Assembly (NCBI GenBank): GCA_963826715.1
Contig: CAWGYA010000002.1
Location: 192,001 to 256,000 of the forward strand
DNA length: 64,000 bases
Origin: Candidatus Bathyarchaeota archaeon
GTDB lineage: Archaea > Thermoproteota > Bathyarchaeia > Bathyarchaeales > Bathycorpusculaceae
Direction: 5' to 3'
Shown: piece after piece, positions 50,331-59,354 of the stretch
How positions within the stretch are numbered: the first letter of the stretch is position 1
Layout: each line of letters starts with the position of its first letter
The notes under the pieces: generated by a model
What the model was told of the DNA's origin: nothing
Database searches by the model: none
Seen by the model: only the letters and a program-made list of their open reading frames with translations
Translations under genes and position numbers: made by a program

Positions 50331-50744
50331 CTAAGTTTCTTCTTTTTCGGCTGAGTAGAGTTCGCCCTTCTTTAGAATATCCAGTGCTCTCTGGGTTTCC
50401 GTAGAAGAGAGTCTGCAGGTTTTGGGGTCATCCAAAAATGGCAATTCTGCTGGTGCATTTTTAATGACATGTAGGCTTTCCCATGTAACTTTGATGTCTT
50501 CGGAGGGAATATGAGTCTCAACATCCATGGCCCAAGTACCAGAGTCCAGCTCTTTGCCGCCCTCGGTCAAAGCTGTAAAAGGACCTAGCAAAGTTTTATC
50601 ATCGGAATTGTAGAGAAAAATCACTGAGCCTTCTTTGATTCTTTCGTTGGGTTTAGACTGGTTTTCAGCACAACCGTAATGTTTGGTGCTTAGGCATCTC
50701 TGAAGGCTAGTTTTGTTGCAATAAAACACGTATCCATCATACAT
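50331..50744 (-). CDS. DCD-domain-like (PUA/EVE-related) protein
   Basis: GYVFYCN..S..RCL....YG...IKEG..IFLYN...K.L.G.F.A...GG..LD...W; likely start 50744. Confidence 0.6.
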   Translation of the reverse strand: MYDGYVFYCNKTSLQRCLSTKHYGCAENQSKPNERIKEGSVIFLYNSDDKTLLGPFTALTEGGKELDSGTWAMDVETHIPSEDIKVTWESLHVIKNAPAELPFLDDPKTCRLSSTETQRALDILKKGELYSAEKEET

Positions 50745-51105
50745 AACAAGGAAACCTCTGTTATTTGAGAGTTGAGAGGTGTCGGCGCTTATTTCTGTTT
50801 TGCTTGGACACCGCAATAAGAGCTTTAATTTTAGCTTGCGATTTATAGATATTGATACAGTAAATTGAACGTCAATTAGTAATACTCAAATAATTTTTGA
50901 GTAATTACTAATTTGTCGGCATTTGTTTGTTTTGTTGTTGAACACAAATTTTCCTTAATTAACAAAAAAAGCTCAAAAACGTATATGTCCTGTTGTTTGT
51001 TTTGAGATTTTAACTTATATTTACACGTATATGTGTAGAACAGTATTATAGGTTAACATTGTAAAAGTATATTCTAAACGTTGATATATATCGTATATCA
51101 AAAGG

Positions 51106-51567
51106 GTGAATTGGGCAATGGCACAGCAATTAGAAATCAATGAGTTTGACGTTGAATTTTATTTTAATTCTGAAATGCCTTCAGTCTATGTTGAAACAAA
51201 AAATTATTCATCTAATTTGAATTTTAATAATAACTTTAATTCGCTCCTACTTGAAGCAATTGACGAAGGGTTAGCTATTTTGGGGATTCCTGCTAGAAAT
51301 ACGTTATATGCAAGGTTAGAGCGTAATTTTGGAGTAGAGAAAAACCAGATTCCCGAACATTTTGACAGATTCTTAGACATTATGTACAAGATTGTAGGGA
51401 TGGGCGTTCATCGAATAGAAACGCAGATACTAAAGATCCTTAAGAACAAACTTGAGATTAAAGCTAACTTGATTTGTTGCAACTCAAGCGATTGGATTAG
51501 TCAGGATTTATTTAAAGAATCTGTTGAAAGTTTACGACAGAAATACCTCGAACAATTTGTCGATTAA
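51106..51567 (+). CDS. Hypothetical helical protein (NitrOD5/DUF3227-like)
   Basis: LLEAIDEGL..LG...LY..LE..F....QIPE..F...GMG...IE..I pattern. Confidence 0.6.
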   Translation: MNWAMAQQLEINEFDVEFYFNSEMPSVYVETKNYSSNLNFNNNFNSLLLEAIDEGLAILGIPARNTLYARLERNFGVEKNQIPEHFDRFLDIMYKIVGMGVHRIETQILKILKNKLEIKANLICCNSSDWISQDLFKESVESLRQKYLEQFVD

Positions 51568-51641
51568 TAAAATCCAACTAAGCCTAAGAGTGTGAAAAAG
51601 AAATAATTACCCATTTAGGGGTCATTTCCATGTCTACGAGA

Positions 51642-51919
51642 TTAAATGAATTTAGATAGTGCTTCTAATAGATCTTCGAGTCATTTTGTACTATCTTCAG
51701 ACGCAGCAGCTTCTTGTTGCATTTTTCCACGTGGTCTTCTAATACAATAAGAATGCTGTGTTTAGAGCTGCACATATAGCGGCTACCGATAGGAGGATTT
51801 CTGGTGGTGGCTTGTCTTTTTCAACCATTTTTTTTAAGTTCATGTACATAAACTTCGATTCGGGATAGGTGATCTGTGACCTCTTTTCGTCTTTTATGAT
51901 AGCTTCGTTCGTGGAACAT
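51642..51919 (-). pseudogene. Degraded CsoR/RcnR-family metal-sensing repressor
   Basis: Across three frameshifts and a stop: KRRKEVTDHLSRIEVYVHELKK/MVEKDKPPPEILLSVAAICAALN/IVLEDHVEKC/QEAA..*LEDLLEALSKFI. Confidence 0.8.
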
Positions 51920-52111
51920 TCTTATCCCATCAAAGGAGATATCAAAAAATTGATTTTGCTGTATCAAATTCACTGCGTGAAAAGAAGAATAAATGACAGA
52001 AGAGAAAGACCGTTAAATCGTTCTTACAGCGGCAACTCAATAAGATATTAAAAAAGAGAATTTAGAAATTGCGTTTTCTAAAAAATCAGTTTACAATTTC
52101 ATTAATCTCGC

Positions 52112-52966
52112 TCATTTAGAACGTTTGGTAAGTTCTATAAGGCGTAATATTTCCTTTCGCGCTTCGCCGATTGTTAATGGAAGTTCGTCATCAATTGGCA
52201 GGTTGTCATTTCTTTTCAGAACCTCAAATAGGTGAGCTATTCGAGGTGAACGCAAGTTTACCTTTCGTATTAGCTCAGTGTTTGAAAAGTTTGTTTTAGG
52301 GGTGCCTTCAGAAACTATTTTTCCTTTATCTAAGATGTAGAGTTTATTTGCGAACAAAGGAACCATATCAACGTCATGTGTAGCCAATAATAATGTAATT
52401 CCATTTTCTTTGTTGAGTCGAAGCAATAAATGTAGGATATCGCTGGTAGCGATTGGATCAAGGCTTGAGGTGGGCTCGTCCATTATGATAACTTCAGGCT
52501 GCATAGCAAGAACTCCTGCAAGCGCTACCCGCTTTTTTTGTCCTGCACTTAAGAAATGGGGCGGTTTATCCGCATATTCATTCATGCCCACAATTGTAAG
52601 TGCTTCATCCACCAACTGCTTAACATGCTCAGTAGTGTAGCCCAAGTTAAGGGGTCCAAACGCTACATCTTGTTTAACTGTGGGGGCGAAGAGTTGGTCG
52701 TTTGGGTCTTGGAAAACGAAACCGATGCGTTTTCGCAGTTCAAGCAACGATTTGGCGTCGTATTGTAGCGGTTTTTCGTCGAATAGGATTCTACCGTGGG
52801 TGGGTTTTAAGATACCGTTTAAATGGTTTAGCAGCGTGGTTTTGCCTGAGCCGTTAGTGCCAAGCAGTGCGATGCGTTCGGCTCGTTCGAAGCTGACTGA
52901 AACGTTATCTAAGGCTAATGTGCCGTCGGAGTATTCGTGGGTGAGATTCTCTATTTTAAACAACAT
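52112..52966 (-). CDS. cbiO: Co/Ni ECF transporter ATPase
   Basis: GTNGSGKT, FQDPNDQLF, LSAGQKKRVALAG, DEPT. Confidence 0.93.
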   Translation of the reverse strand: MLFKIENLTHEYSDGTLALDNVSVSFERAERIALLGTNGSGKTTLLNHLNGILKPTHGRILFDEKPLQYDAKSLLELRKRIGFVFQDPNDQLFAPTVKQDVAFGPLNLGYTTEHVKQLVDEALTIVGMNEYADKPPHFLSAGQKKRVALAGVLAMQPEVIIMDEPTSSLDPIATSDILHLLLRLNKENGITLLLATHDVDMVPLFANKLYILDKGKIVSEGTPKTNFSNTELIRKVNLRSPRIAHLFEVLKRNDNLPIDDELPLTIGEARKEILRLIELTKRSK

Positions 52967-52970
52967 TTTC

Positions 52971-54761
52971 TTAGAGGCTCCATATCTGGATGATGTTTAA
53001 TGCAACTAAAGCAAGCATAACGTCTAGCATGATTATGCCTGCGATGATTACCCAGCTTGGGCGGGGTTGGTCTTCGAGCACGCGTATGTTGCCATCGTAG
53101 CCGCGTGCATTCATAGCTATGAAGGTGCGTTCGCCCTGCTCCAAGGTTCGTATAAAGAGGTTTGCCGCTAGCAGGGAAGTTTGGCGGATGCGTTTTAGGT
53201 AGCCTGTTTGTCCCAGCCGCAGTTTCTGGGCGGTGGTCATTTTGGAGGCGACTTCCATGAACACGAATATGTAGCGGTAGATGAGGAGGCTGATTTCTAT
53301 AAGGACTTTGGGGACGTAAATTTTTCTTAAGCTCAAGAACAGGTCGTTCATTGTTGTAGTTAAGACCAGGAAGAACAATGCAGAGACGCCGCCCAGGACC
53401 CGGAAGAAGGTTGCTACAGCGATAGTTATACCGTTGTTGTAGATTGTCCATGTGAACCACGGAAAGTGAACCTTGACTAATGGAGTACCGTTGCCGAAGA
53501 AAAGGGCAATGAAGATACAACTCAAAGCGGCGAAAATGAGTGGATAGATGAGCAGATCGAAGTAGAAGCGCGTAGGAATCTGTGCCACCGCTAAGATGAG
53601 AATAATGGCGATTATGAATACAGTTATGGGCACAACTGGGGAGGGCGATAGGACGCTGAGTACGAGCAAGGAAACTGCGAAGAAGATCTTGGTGGCGGGG
53701 CTAGTTTTTGCGAGTTGGTTGGTGTAGGCGAAGCTATCGATTTGGGCTGAGAGGTTAGCGTGACTTTTGTTGTGGCTGTGATGATGCTTATGCCGATTTT
53801 GGGCGGGAGAGTGTATTTTGGCTTTTCGCCTTGTTTTCACCATGATATAGGCGATTATTGAGGCACCAATTAACGCCTGCACGACAAACAATACTTCAAT
53901 GTATTCTTCTGGCAGGGAAATAACAGGAGTGAACCAGGGTTTGTAGCCAGTGGCGCTGATAATGTTGGCTGCTGCGTCATCGGTTCCAGACATGTTAGTG
54001 GAGACAAAAATCAGCGGCAAAGCAAACAACACCAAAAGCACAGTGATTAGGATAGCGTAGTGATGTTTTTTGAGGTGGAACTCTTTTTCTGAGAGCCCCG
54101 TGATGGGGGAGCGAATTACTTTGAGTGAGGTAAGAATTTTGCCTTTGTATTTTGTGAGGAACTCAAAGACGAATATGGCCAAGATGCCTTCGCCGATTGC
54201 CAGCGGGATTTGTGTGACTGCGAATATGCCTACGAAAGTTAGGAAGGATTCGGCGAAACCTGTTCCGGGGAAAGCAAGTGCCAGCTGGAAGGAGGTTGTG
54301 ACGTAGGTGAAAAGGTCGCTTAGGGCGACTGCAAGAAATACTGCGGCTTGGGTTGGTGCACGGATTTTTTTGCAGATTACCCAGATTATCCATGCGACTA
54401 CTGGTCCCATTATTCCCATGGAGAAGACGTTAGCGCCCAGTGTGGTTATGCCACCATGCGCCAGTAGGGTAGCTTGGAAGATCAATGCGATCATGGAAAG
54501 CACGGATGCTATTGCGGGTCCAAAGACGACAGAGGCTAAGCCGGAGCCGGTAGGGTGGCTGCTGCTGCCGAAAACTGAAGGCAGTTTGAGGGCGGAGACG
54601 ACAAATATGAATGCTCCCATTAATGCTAGTAGCGGCTTGGCTTCAGGGTTGTTTTTAGCGATTTTGGTTAGTCTGTAGATTCCATAGAAAACTATGGGGA
54701 TCATTATTGCCCACCAGAATTCCCACCAGGGGTGGGGCAGGAAGCCTTCCATTATGTGCGT
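52971..54761 (-). CDS. cbiM: Fused CbiM-CbiN-CbiQ Co/Ni ECF transporter membrane protein
   Basis: (M)HIMEGFLP, SSSHPTG, HGGITTLGAN, TQIPLAIGEG; CbiN-like GTDD...YKPWF; CbiQ-like YRYIFV...AQ.LR...AMNARGY; first ATG 54752, homologous start ACG 54761. Confidence 0.88.
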   Translation of the reverse strand, partial: THIMEGFLPHPWWEFWWAIMIPIVFYGIYRLTKIAKNNPEAKPLLALMGAFIFVVSALKLPSVFGSSSHPTGSGLASVVFGPAIASVLSMIALIFQATLLAHGGITTLGANVFSMGIMGPVVAWIIWVICKKIRAPTQAAVFLAVALSDLFTYVTTSFQLALAFPGTGFAESFLTFVGIFAVTQIPLAIGEGILAIFVFEFLTKYKGKILTSLKVIRSPITGLSEKEFHLKKHHYAILITVLLVLFALPLIFVSTNMSGTDDAAANIISATGYKPWFTPVISLPEEYIEVLFVVQALIGASIIAYIMVKTRRKAKIHSPAQNRHKHHHSHNKSHANLSAQIDSFAYTNQLAKTSPATKIFFAVSLLVLSVLSPSPVVPITVFIIAIILILAVAQIPTRFYFDLLIYPLIFAALSCIFIALFFGNGTPLVKVHFPWFTWTIYNNGITIAVATFFRVLGGVSALFFLVLTTTMNDLFLSLRKIYVPKVLIEISLLIYRYIFVFMEVASKMTTAQKLRLGQTGYLKRIRQTSLLAANLFIRTLEQGERTFIAMNARGYDGNIRVLEDQPRPSWVIIAGIIMLDVMLALVALNIIQIWSL

Positions 54762-54845
54762 GGTTTCGTCCTCTCTGTCAGGGTTTTACAATCAGAAACC
54801 ATATAAAACTATGTTTAACTAAAGTTAATGTCAGGTTGAATAACT

Positions 54846-55679
54846 ATGGTGAAGCAACAACCAAATCTACTTCTAAAAGACAAAGGCGAATTTAGAAAAT
54901 TCCAAATCTTACTCGAAATCATGCGACACCAACCCCATATAAAACAAAAAGACATCAGCGACAAATTATGCATAACAATACAAGCCATATCCAAATACTT
55001 CAAAAAACTCCAAAAAGAAGGCTACCTCAAAACTGGAAGCGAACGTGCCGACTACCGCCTCACTCCCAAAGCCGTAACCAAACTCCGAGAAGACATGCAC
55101 AACCTAGAAGCCTACGTGAACGAAGTCAAGCATGATCTAAAAATTGAACATGCTTGGCCAGCCATCGCCACTCGAACTGTCAAAGCCGGCGAAGAAGTTG
55201 GATTAATGATGAAAGAAGGCGTAATATACACAGTCCCAACCGACAGCCCGCTCACACAAACAAGAGGCACAGCCCTTGCCGACGCTAAACCCGGCGAAGA
55301 CTTGGCACTAAGGGACCTCACTGGAAAAATACATGTTAAACAGGGAAAAATCTTAATCGTAAAATTACCCAGCATAAGAGAAGGCGGCTCACGCGTTGTT
55401 GACTTTGATAAAATGAAGACGATCTTTCACGAATTTAAACCTGACCGGGTCGGTGTAATGGGCGCTGTTGGGCGGGCTGTCGCGAACAGACTGGAGCTAA
55501 AGCCGGATATTGAATTCGGAATCAGCAGTTCAGCAGCCATTGCCGCCTCAAGAGGGCTAAATGTGTTTGTATTTGTTGTTGGCAGAATGGTTAACCGCAT
55601 GATTGAAGAAGTGGATTCCATTAATATGAAGAGTTCCGCACAAGTTATTTATGAGGTTAAAGATGGACGAAAAAACTAA
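54846..55679 (+). CDS. wHTH transcriptional regulator (COG1497-like)
   Basis: FQILLEI..HQPHIKQKDIS..L.IT.QAISKY; divergent from cbi operon. Confidence 0.85.
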   Translation: MVKQQPNLLLKDKGEFRKFQILLEIMRHQPHIKQKDISDKLCITIQAISKYFKKLQKEGYLKTGSERADYRLTPKAVTKLREDMHNLEAYVNEVKHDLKIEHAWPAIATRTVKAGEEVGLMMKEGVIYTVPTDSPLTQTRGTALADAKPGEDLALRDLTGKIHVKQGKILIVKLPSIREGGSRVVDFDKMKTIFHEFKPDRVGVMGAVGRAVANRLELKPDIEFGISSSAAIAASRGLNVFVFVVGRMVNRMIEEVDSINMKSSAQVIYEVKDGRKN

Positions 55680-55769
55680 GCGTAGAGCAAGAGTTCTTTT
55701 GTTATTCTCTAAAATTTTTGATAGTTTCTCTGCGTTATTTCCGTTTTCGTGAGCGTTAACAATTTTGAG

Positions 55770-56648
55770 TTAGAAGTGTTTCATGATGAAATCCCTAATG
55801 TTTCTGTGACTAGTCATGAGTTCAACTAATTTTTTTGTGACTTGTGTTATTTGTGTGTCGAATAATCTTGTCACAGCCAAAGAAAATACAAAAACAAATG
55901 TCCCAATTATTATGCTTCCAACAACATTTATTGAACCAAGATACCAAACAATAAGATAAGTAACAGAAGCACTTATGAGCCCCATAAGAAAAGACCGTAT
56001 AATAAAATAAAGACGCTGCAACCAAGTTGAAAACAACAAAACCTTAATCACCGCTCGTTTCTCTAACTCATTTTTAGATCCGGATTTATCACTACCTATC
56101 TTTTGGAGCACCCCTTTTGCGTAGTTGGCATCTGACAAGCGTAACATCATTTTTGCATAGTGCGCGTCAGATAAATCTGTGGAACTTGCCGATTCAAGCT
56201 CTAACAAAATCCTCTGAGATATTTCATCTATTTCAACATCCACTCTCTCAATTTTTTCGTCTTTAGTTACCAAAGAAACTTTATCAGGTGTATTCTCTGG
56301 TTTTGCAGTAGCTGGGGGTTCGGAAGATTTAAATTGTTTTTTTATAAATAAGAAGAGACCAAAAATAGTTAGTGCCCCAACAACCCCTGAAGAGATACCA
56401 GTGATATACCAAGCTTTCCAGGCTGGCATTAATGTCATAAGGTATTCTAATGAACCTATCAGGGTGAAGAGTGCAGCAGACCCAAAGAATGAAATAACCA
56501 AAGCCAATAAAATGCCAATAATTATACTTGTTATCAAAAGTTTTTTGATACGTTCCTTTAAAGCAGCTTCAGTTTCATGAACAAAATCTTTGAGAACAGT
56601 TTTTATTTCATTGAATAACATTTCGATAATTTCTCTTAAGGAAGTCAA
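55770..56648 (-). CDS. Membrane protein with holin-like N-terminal TM pair and a second TM module
   Basis: Two TM clusters separated by a charged linker. Confidence 0.6.
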   Translation of the reverse strand: MTSLREIIEMLFNEIKTVLKDFVHETEAALKERIKKLLITSIIIGILLALVISFFGSAALFTLIGSLEYLMTLMPAWKAWYITGISSGVVGALTIFGLFLFIKKQFKSSEPPATAKPENTPDKVSLVTKDEKIERVDVEIDEISQRILLELESASSTDLSDAHYAKMMLRLSDANYAKGVLQKIGSDKSGSKNELEKRAVIKVLLFSTWLQRLYFIIRSFLMGLISASVTYLIVWYLGSINVVGSIIIGTFVFVFSLAVTRLFDTQITQVTKKLVELMTSHRNIRDFIMKHF

Positions 56649-56802
56649 CTAATTCTTACACCTACCACTCTTTCAAATGACAAAGCTGTTTGTTACGAAA
56701 CTTAACGATATATAACCACTTATTTCAGCATCAAAATACATACGACGACAAAGCACCCATAGAAAAAAGGATATTTCGTTTTTACAATAGCAAATATGAG
56801 AC

Positions 56803-57000
56803 TTACTTCTTTTCTCTAACAGCGACCTTGGCTTTCAATTCGATAATGTATTCTTTTTCGTTTTTTCCAACGCCAAAGTTCCATTCTAGCACTTCAAAAT
56901 CTATATCTTTAAAGTGGTTACCCCAAGATTTCTGGAATTCACTCCATTTCTCACCCATTTTCTCTATCTGTTCTTTAACGTCTATTTTTTGTTCCGACAT
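56803..57000 (-). CDS. Small hypothetical protein
   Basis: 65 aa; strong AGGAGGTG SD. Confidence 0.7.
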   Translation of the reverse strand: MSEQKIDVKEQIEKMGEKWSEFQKSWGNHFKDIDFEVLEWNFGVGKNEKEYIIELKAKVAVREKK

Positions 57001-57090
57001 AATTTGTTACACCTCCTAAAATACTCTAAAAATTTTGGTAAATTGATTTTTTCCATCGGTTTTGCAAAATTCCATAAAAACCATCGGTTC

Positions 57091-57426
57091 TTAGGAGAAT
57101 ATAAAACCAATGATGAAGCCGACAATGAGTCCTATGCCCAACGGAAGCATGCCCATTAGAAGGGTGCCATATTGTATTGCTATTGGTCCATATGTGTCTG
57201 CAATGTTACTCAATGCACCAAGGCTTAAACCGAAAAACCCGAAATAGGCAACTATCACAAGAATTATGCCAGCAATAATTGCTATTTTCAACATTTTATG
57301 GGCAATATACCCCACGATAAGTCCGATAACAAATGGAATAATCATTAAAACGATCGGTGGTAGTCCACCTATGGTTCCAGCAGTAATGAAATTGAATACT
57401 TCTTCTATTGCACCCAAAATAAACAC
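57091..57426 (-). CDS. FUN14-like small membrane protein
   Basis: G.IVGYIAHKMLKIAII...; Gly-rich TM helices. Confidence 0.6.
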   Translation of the reverse strand: MFILGAIEEVFNFITAGTIGGLPPIVLMIIPFVIGLIVGYIAHKMLKIAIIAGIILVIVAYFGFFGLSLGALSNIADTYGPIAIQYGTLLMGMLPLGIGLIVGFIIGFIFS

Positions 57427-57470
57427 ACTCTAAATAGGCAATATTCATGAAATCAACTATATTATGTATA

Positions 57471-57494
57471 TGTGGTTGTGGTCACACAGTCACA
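57471..57494. promoter_or_regulatory. Palindromic site TGTGGTTG-N8-CAGTCACA
   Basis: Matches the 43423 site; upstream of the 57426 gene cluster. Confidence 0.5.
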
Positions 57495-57785
57495 TAGCCT
57501 CATGCACGATTGTGAACATGGATTTACAGTCATAAGGTTATTCACTAAACACTTTATTAGGCAATTGTTTTTTCCGGTTCTATGGTTGGTTGGATTTTAA
57601 TATAACCAATCAACACCCTTACATCATTCTGCCTTTGTAAAAACAGATCCGGTTGGTAGCCAAACAATATTTAGGGTTCTTTGTTACTATCTTTATTTTT
57701 TGGAGCAAAGATCGTTAGTTATTTAAGAAATCTTGACGATAAGGCTTTTAAACCTACGAATGGCAGAAGGACATAGGGAATAAAA

Positions 57786-58283
57786 TTGAGTAGGAACAAG
57801 ATCATAGGTTTAATCGCCATAATAATTGTAGTAGCTATCGGCTTGCCGACTGTTTATTTTGTCGGATCTTCAATGACTTCAACTCAGCCGCCAACGAAAG
57901 AAATGGATTTTGTTGTCTCCGAAAAAAGTGATTGCCTACGATTTCTCAACAGCTCAGTTCCGACATTTTACGTGCCCTTTACAGTGGCTGCAAATGAGAA
58001 CTGGCAGCTAACGGTTAATTGCACCAAGATGTCTGGCGGCGCTAATGGCTGGACTGACGTTTACCTATACAGGGACTACTGGGATGGGGGAAGTAACAAC
58101 ACATGCAAAGCCGGAGATCTGTACCCAATTATAAGTGATATACAAAGCGTTGATTTCGAGATAAAAGCCAACCACCCCTACGCAGAAACTTTTGGTGCAT
58201 CGGCGAAGCAGAGCTATACTGTGTTCTTTGTAGTTCCTCCAGGCGGACCTTCTGAATTTCACGTGACTCTAAAACAATTGTAA
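57786..58283 (+). CDS. Hypothetical membrane-anchored extracellular protein
   Basis: N-terminal TM, beta-rich domain. Confidence 0.7.
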   Translation: MSRNKIIGLIAIIIVVAIGLPTVYFVGSSMTSTQPPTKEMDFVVSEKSDCLRFLNSSVPTFYVPFTVAANENWQLTVNCTKMSGGANGWTDVYLYRDYWDGGSNNTCKAGDLYPIISDIQSVDFEIKANHPYAETFGASAKQSYTVFFVVPPGGPSEFHVTLKQL

Positions 58284-58330
58284 GGGGAACTCTTTTTCTG
58301 AATTTTTCTTTTTTTGCGTTAACAATTTCT

Positions 58331-58921
58331 GTGCTGCTTTTGGCTTCCTCTGTTGGATTAGGTCAAGCAGTCCAGGTACATTCTGATTCGTTTCCACTAG
58401 TTGAGGCTGCTTCAGTTACAAGAGCAGTCTTTGCGAATGAAGGCGACAGGATTGTAGGTAATTTCACAGTCTCCAATATACCTACTTGGAGTGACTCCTC
58501 CACCAAAAGCGCAGAAACAGTACAGTATGCATTTAAAATTTCCAAGATTGAAGGTTTAGAAAAATGTCCAACTGACATCGTGCTCTATGAGGTCTACCAA
58601 ACAAATCATTCATCATTTGACGTTTACTGCGAATACACTGGCGACTATCGTTTTAGATTCAACGTTGGAAGTGGCGCTCCCGATTTAGGAGTGGGAAGCA
58701 TGGAAGCAATCCTCAATTATGTCATTATCGAAAAATCATCTCTCCCGACCCCAACCGAAAAACCAACTCCATTTAGCAGTCAAACGAACGCAGAAGCTCC
58801 TTATTCTGAAACCGCGTTTACTTCACCAATATTGGCTGGAGTTGGCACTTTGATTGTTATTTTCCTATTGGGGAGTGTTTACGCGGTGACAAGGGTAAAG
58901 AGTTTTTCTAAACATCACTAA
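58331..58921 (+). CDS. Hypothetical surface protein with P/T linker and C-terminal TM
   Basis: PTPTEKPTP linker followed by a hydrophobic anchor. Confidence 0.65.
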   Translation: MLLLASSVGLGQAVQVHSDSFPLVEAASVTRAVFANEGDRIVGNFTVSNIPTWSDSSTKSAETVQYAFKISKIEGLEKCPTDIVLYEVYQTNHSSFDVYCEYTGDYRFRFNVGSGAPDLGVGSMEAILNYVIIEKSSLPTPTEKPTPFSSQTNAEAPYSETAFTSPILAGVGTLIVIFLLGSVYAVTRVKSFSKHH

Positions 58922-59354
58922 TTAGATTTTAGCCTTTGTTTTTTTGTGGTAAACCAAAAAAAAGAAACCATACACTGTTCAATCAAATTCCTTTCATGCA
59001 AAGCAGCATTCACGCGTCAGGAGGAGGGAATTAAGTTTTAATTCGACATACCCAACTCCCCTTTTAATCTTGATTCAATTCTAAACTAAAATCAGAATGA
59101 AAACTTGAAACCTTTAGTTTACCAGTTTATCTTCCAGGCAACAGCAACTTCAGTTATTTCATAATAACTAATTTTTAATTTTAGTACTTATACAAATGAA
59201 TCTTTGAAAGAGAAGGATAAATTGGGTTTTTGTCACCTCTATTTTTCTGCGTCAATAACAGTCAGGTTTTTGGGAGTGTCGAATTAAAAGGATAATGTTT
59301 TTCAAAATATTACGGAGCTTTTACGATAAAGATAAGTGCTAAGACCGTCTATTT

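Noticed and set aside
54762-54845. Cobalamin riboswitch upstream of cbiM
   Set aside because: Only ~85 bp between divergent genes and no B12-box; just a TTAACT-AA-AGTTAA palindrome at 54815-54828
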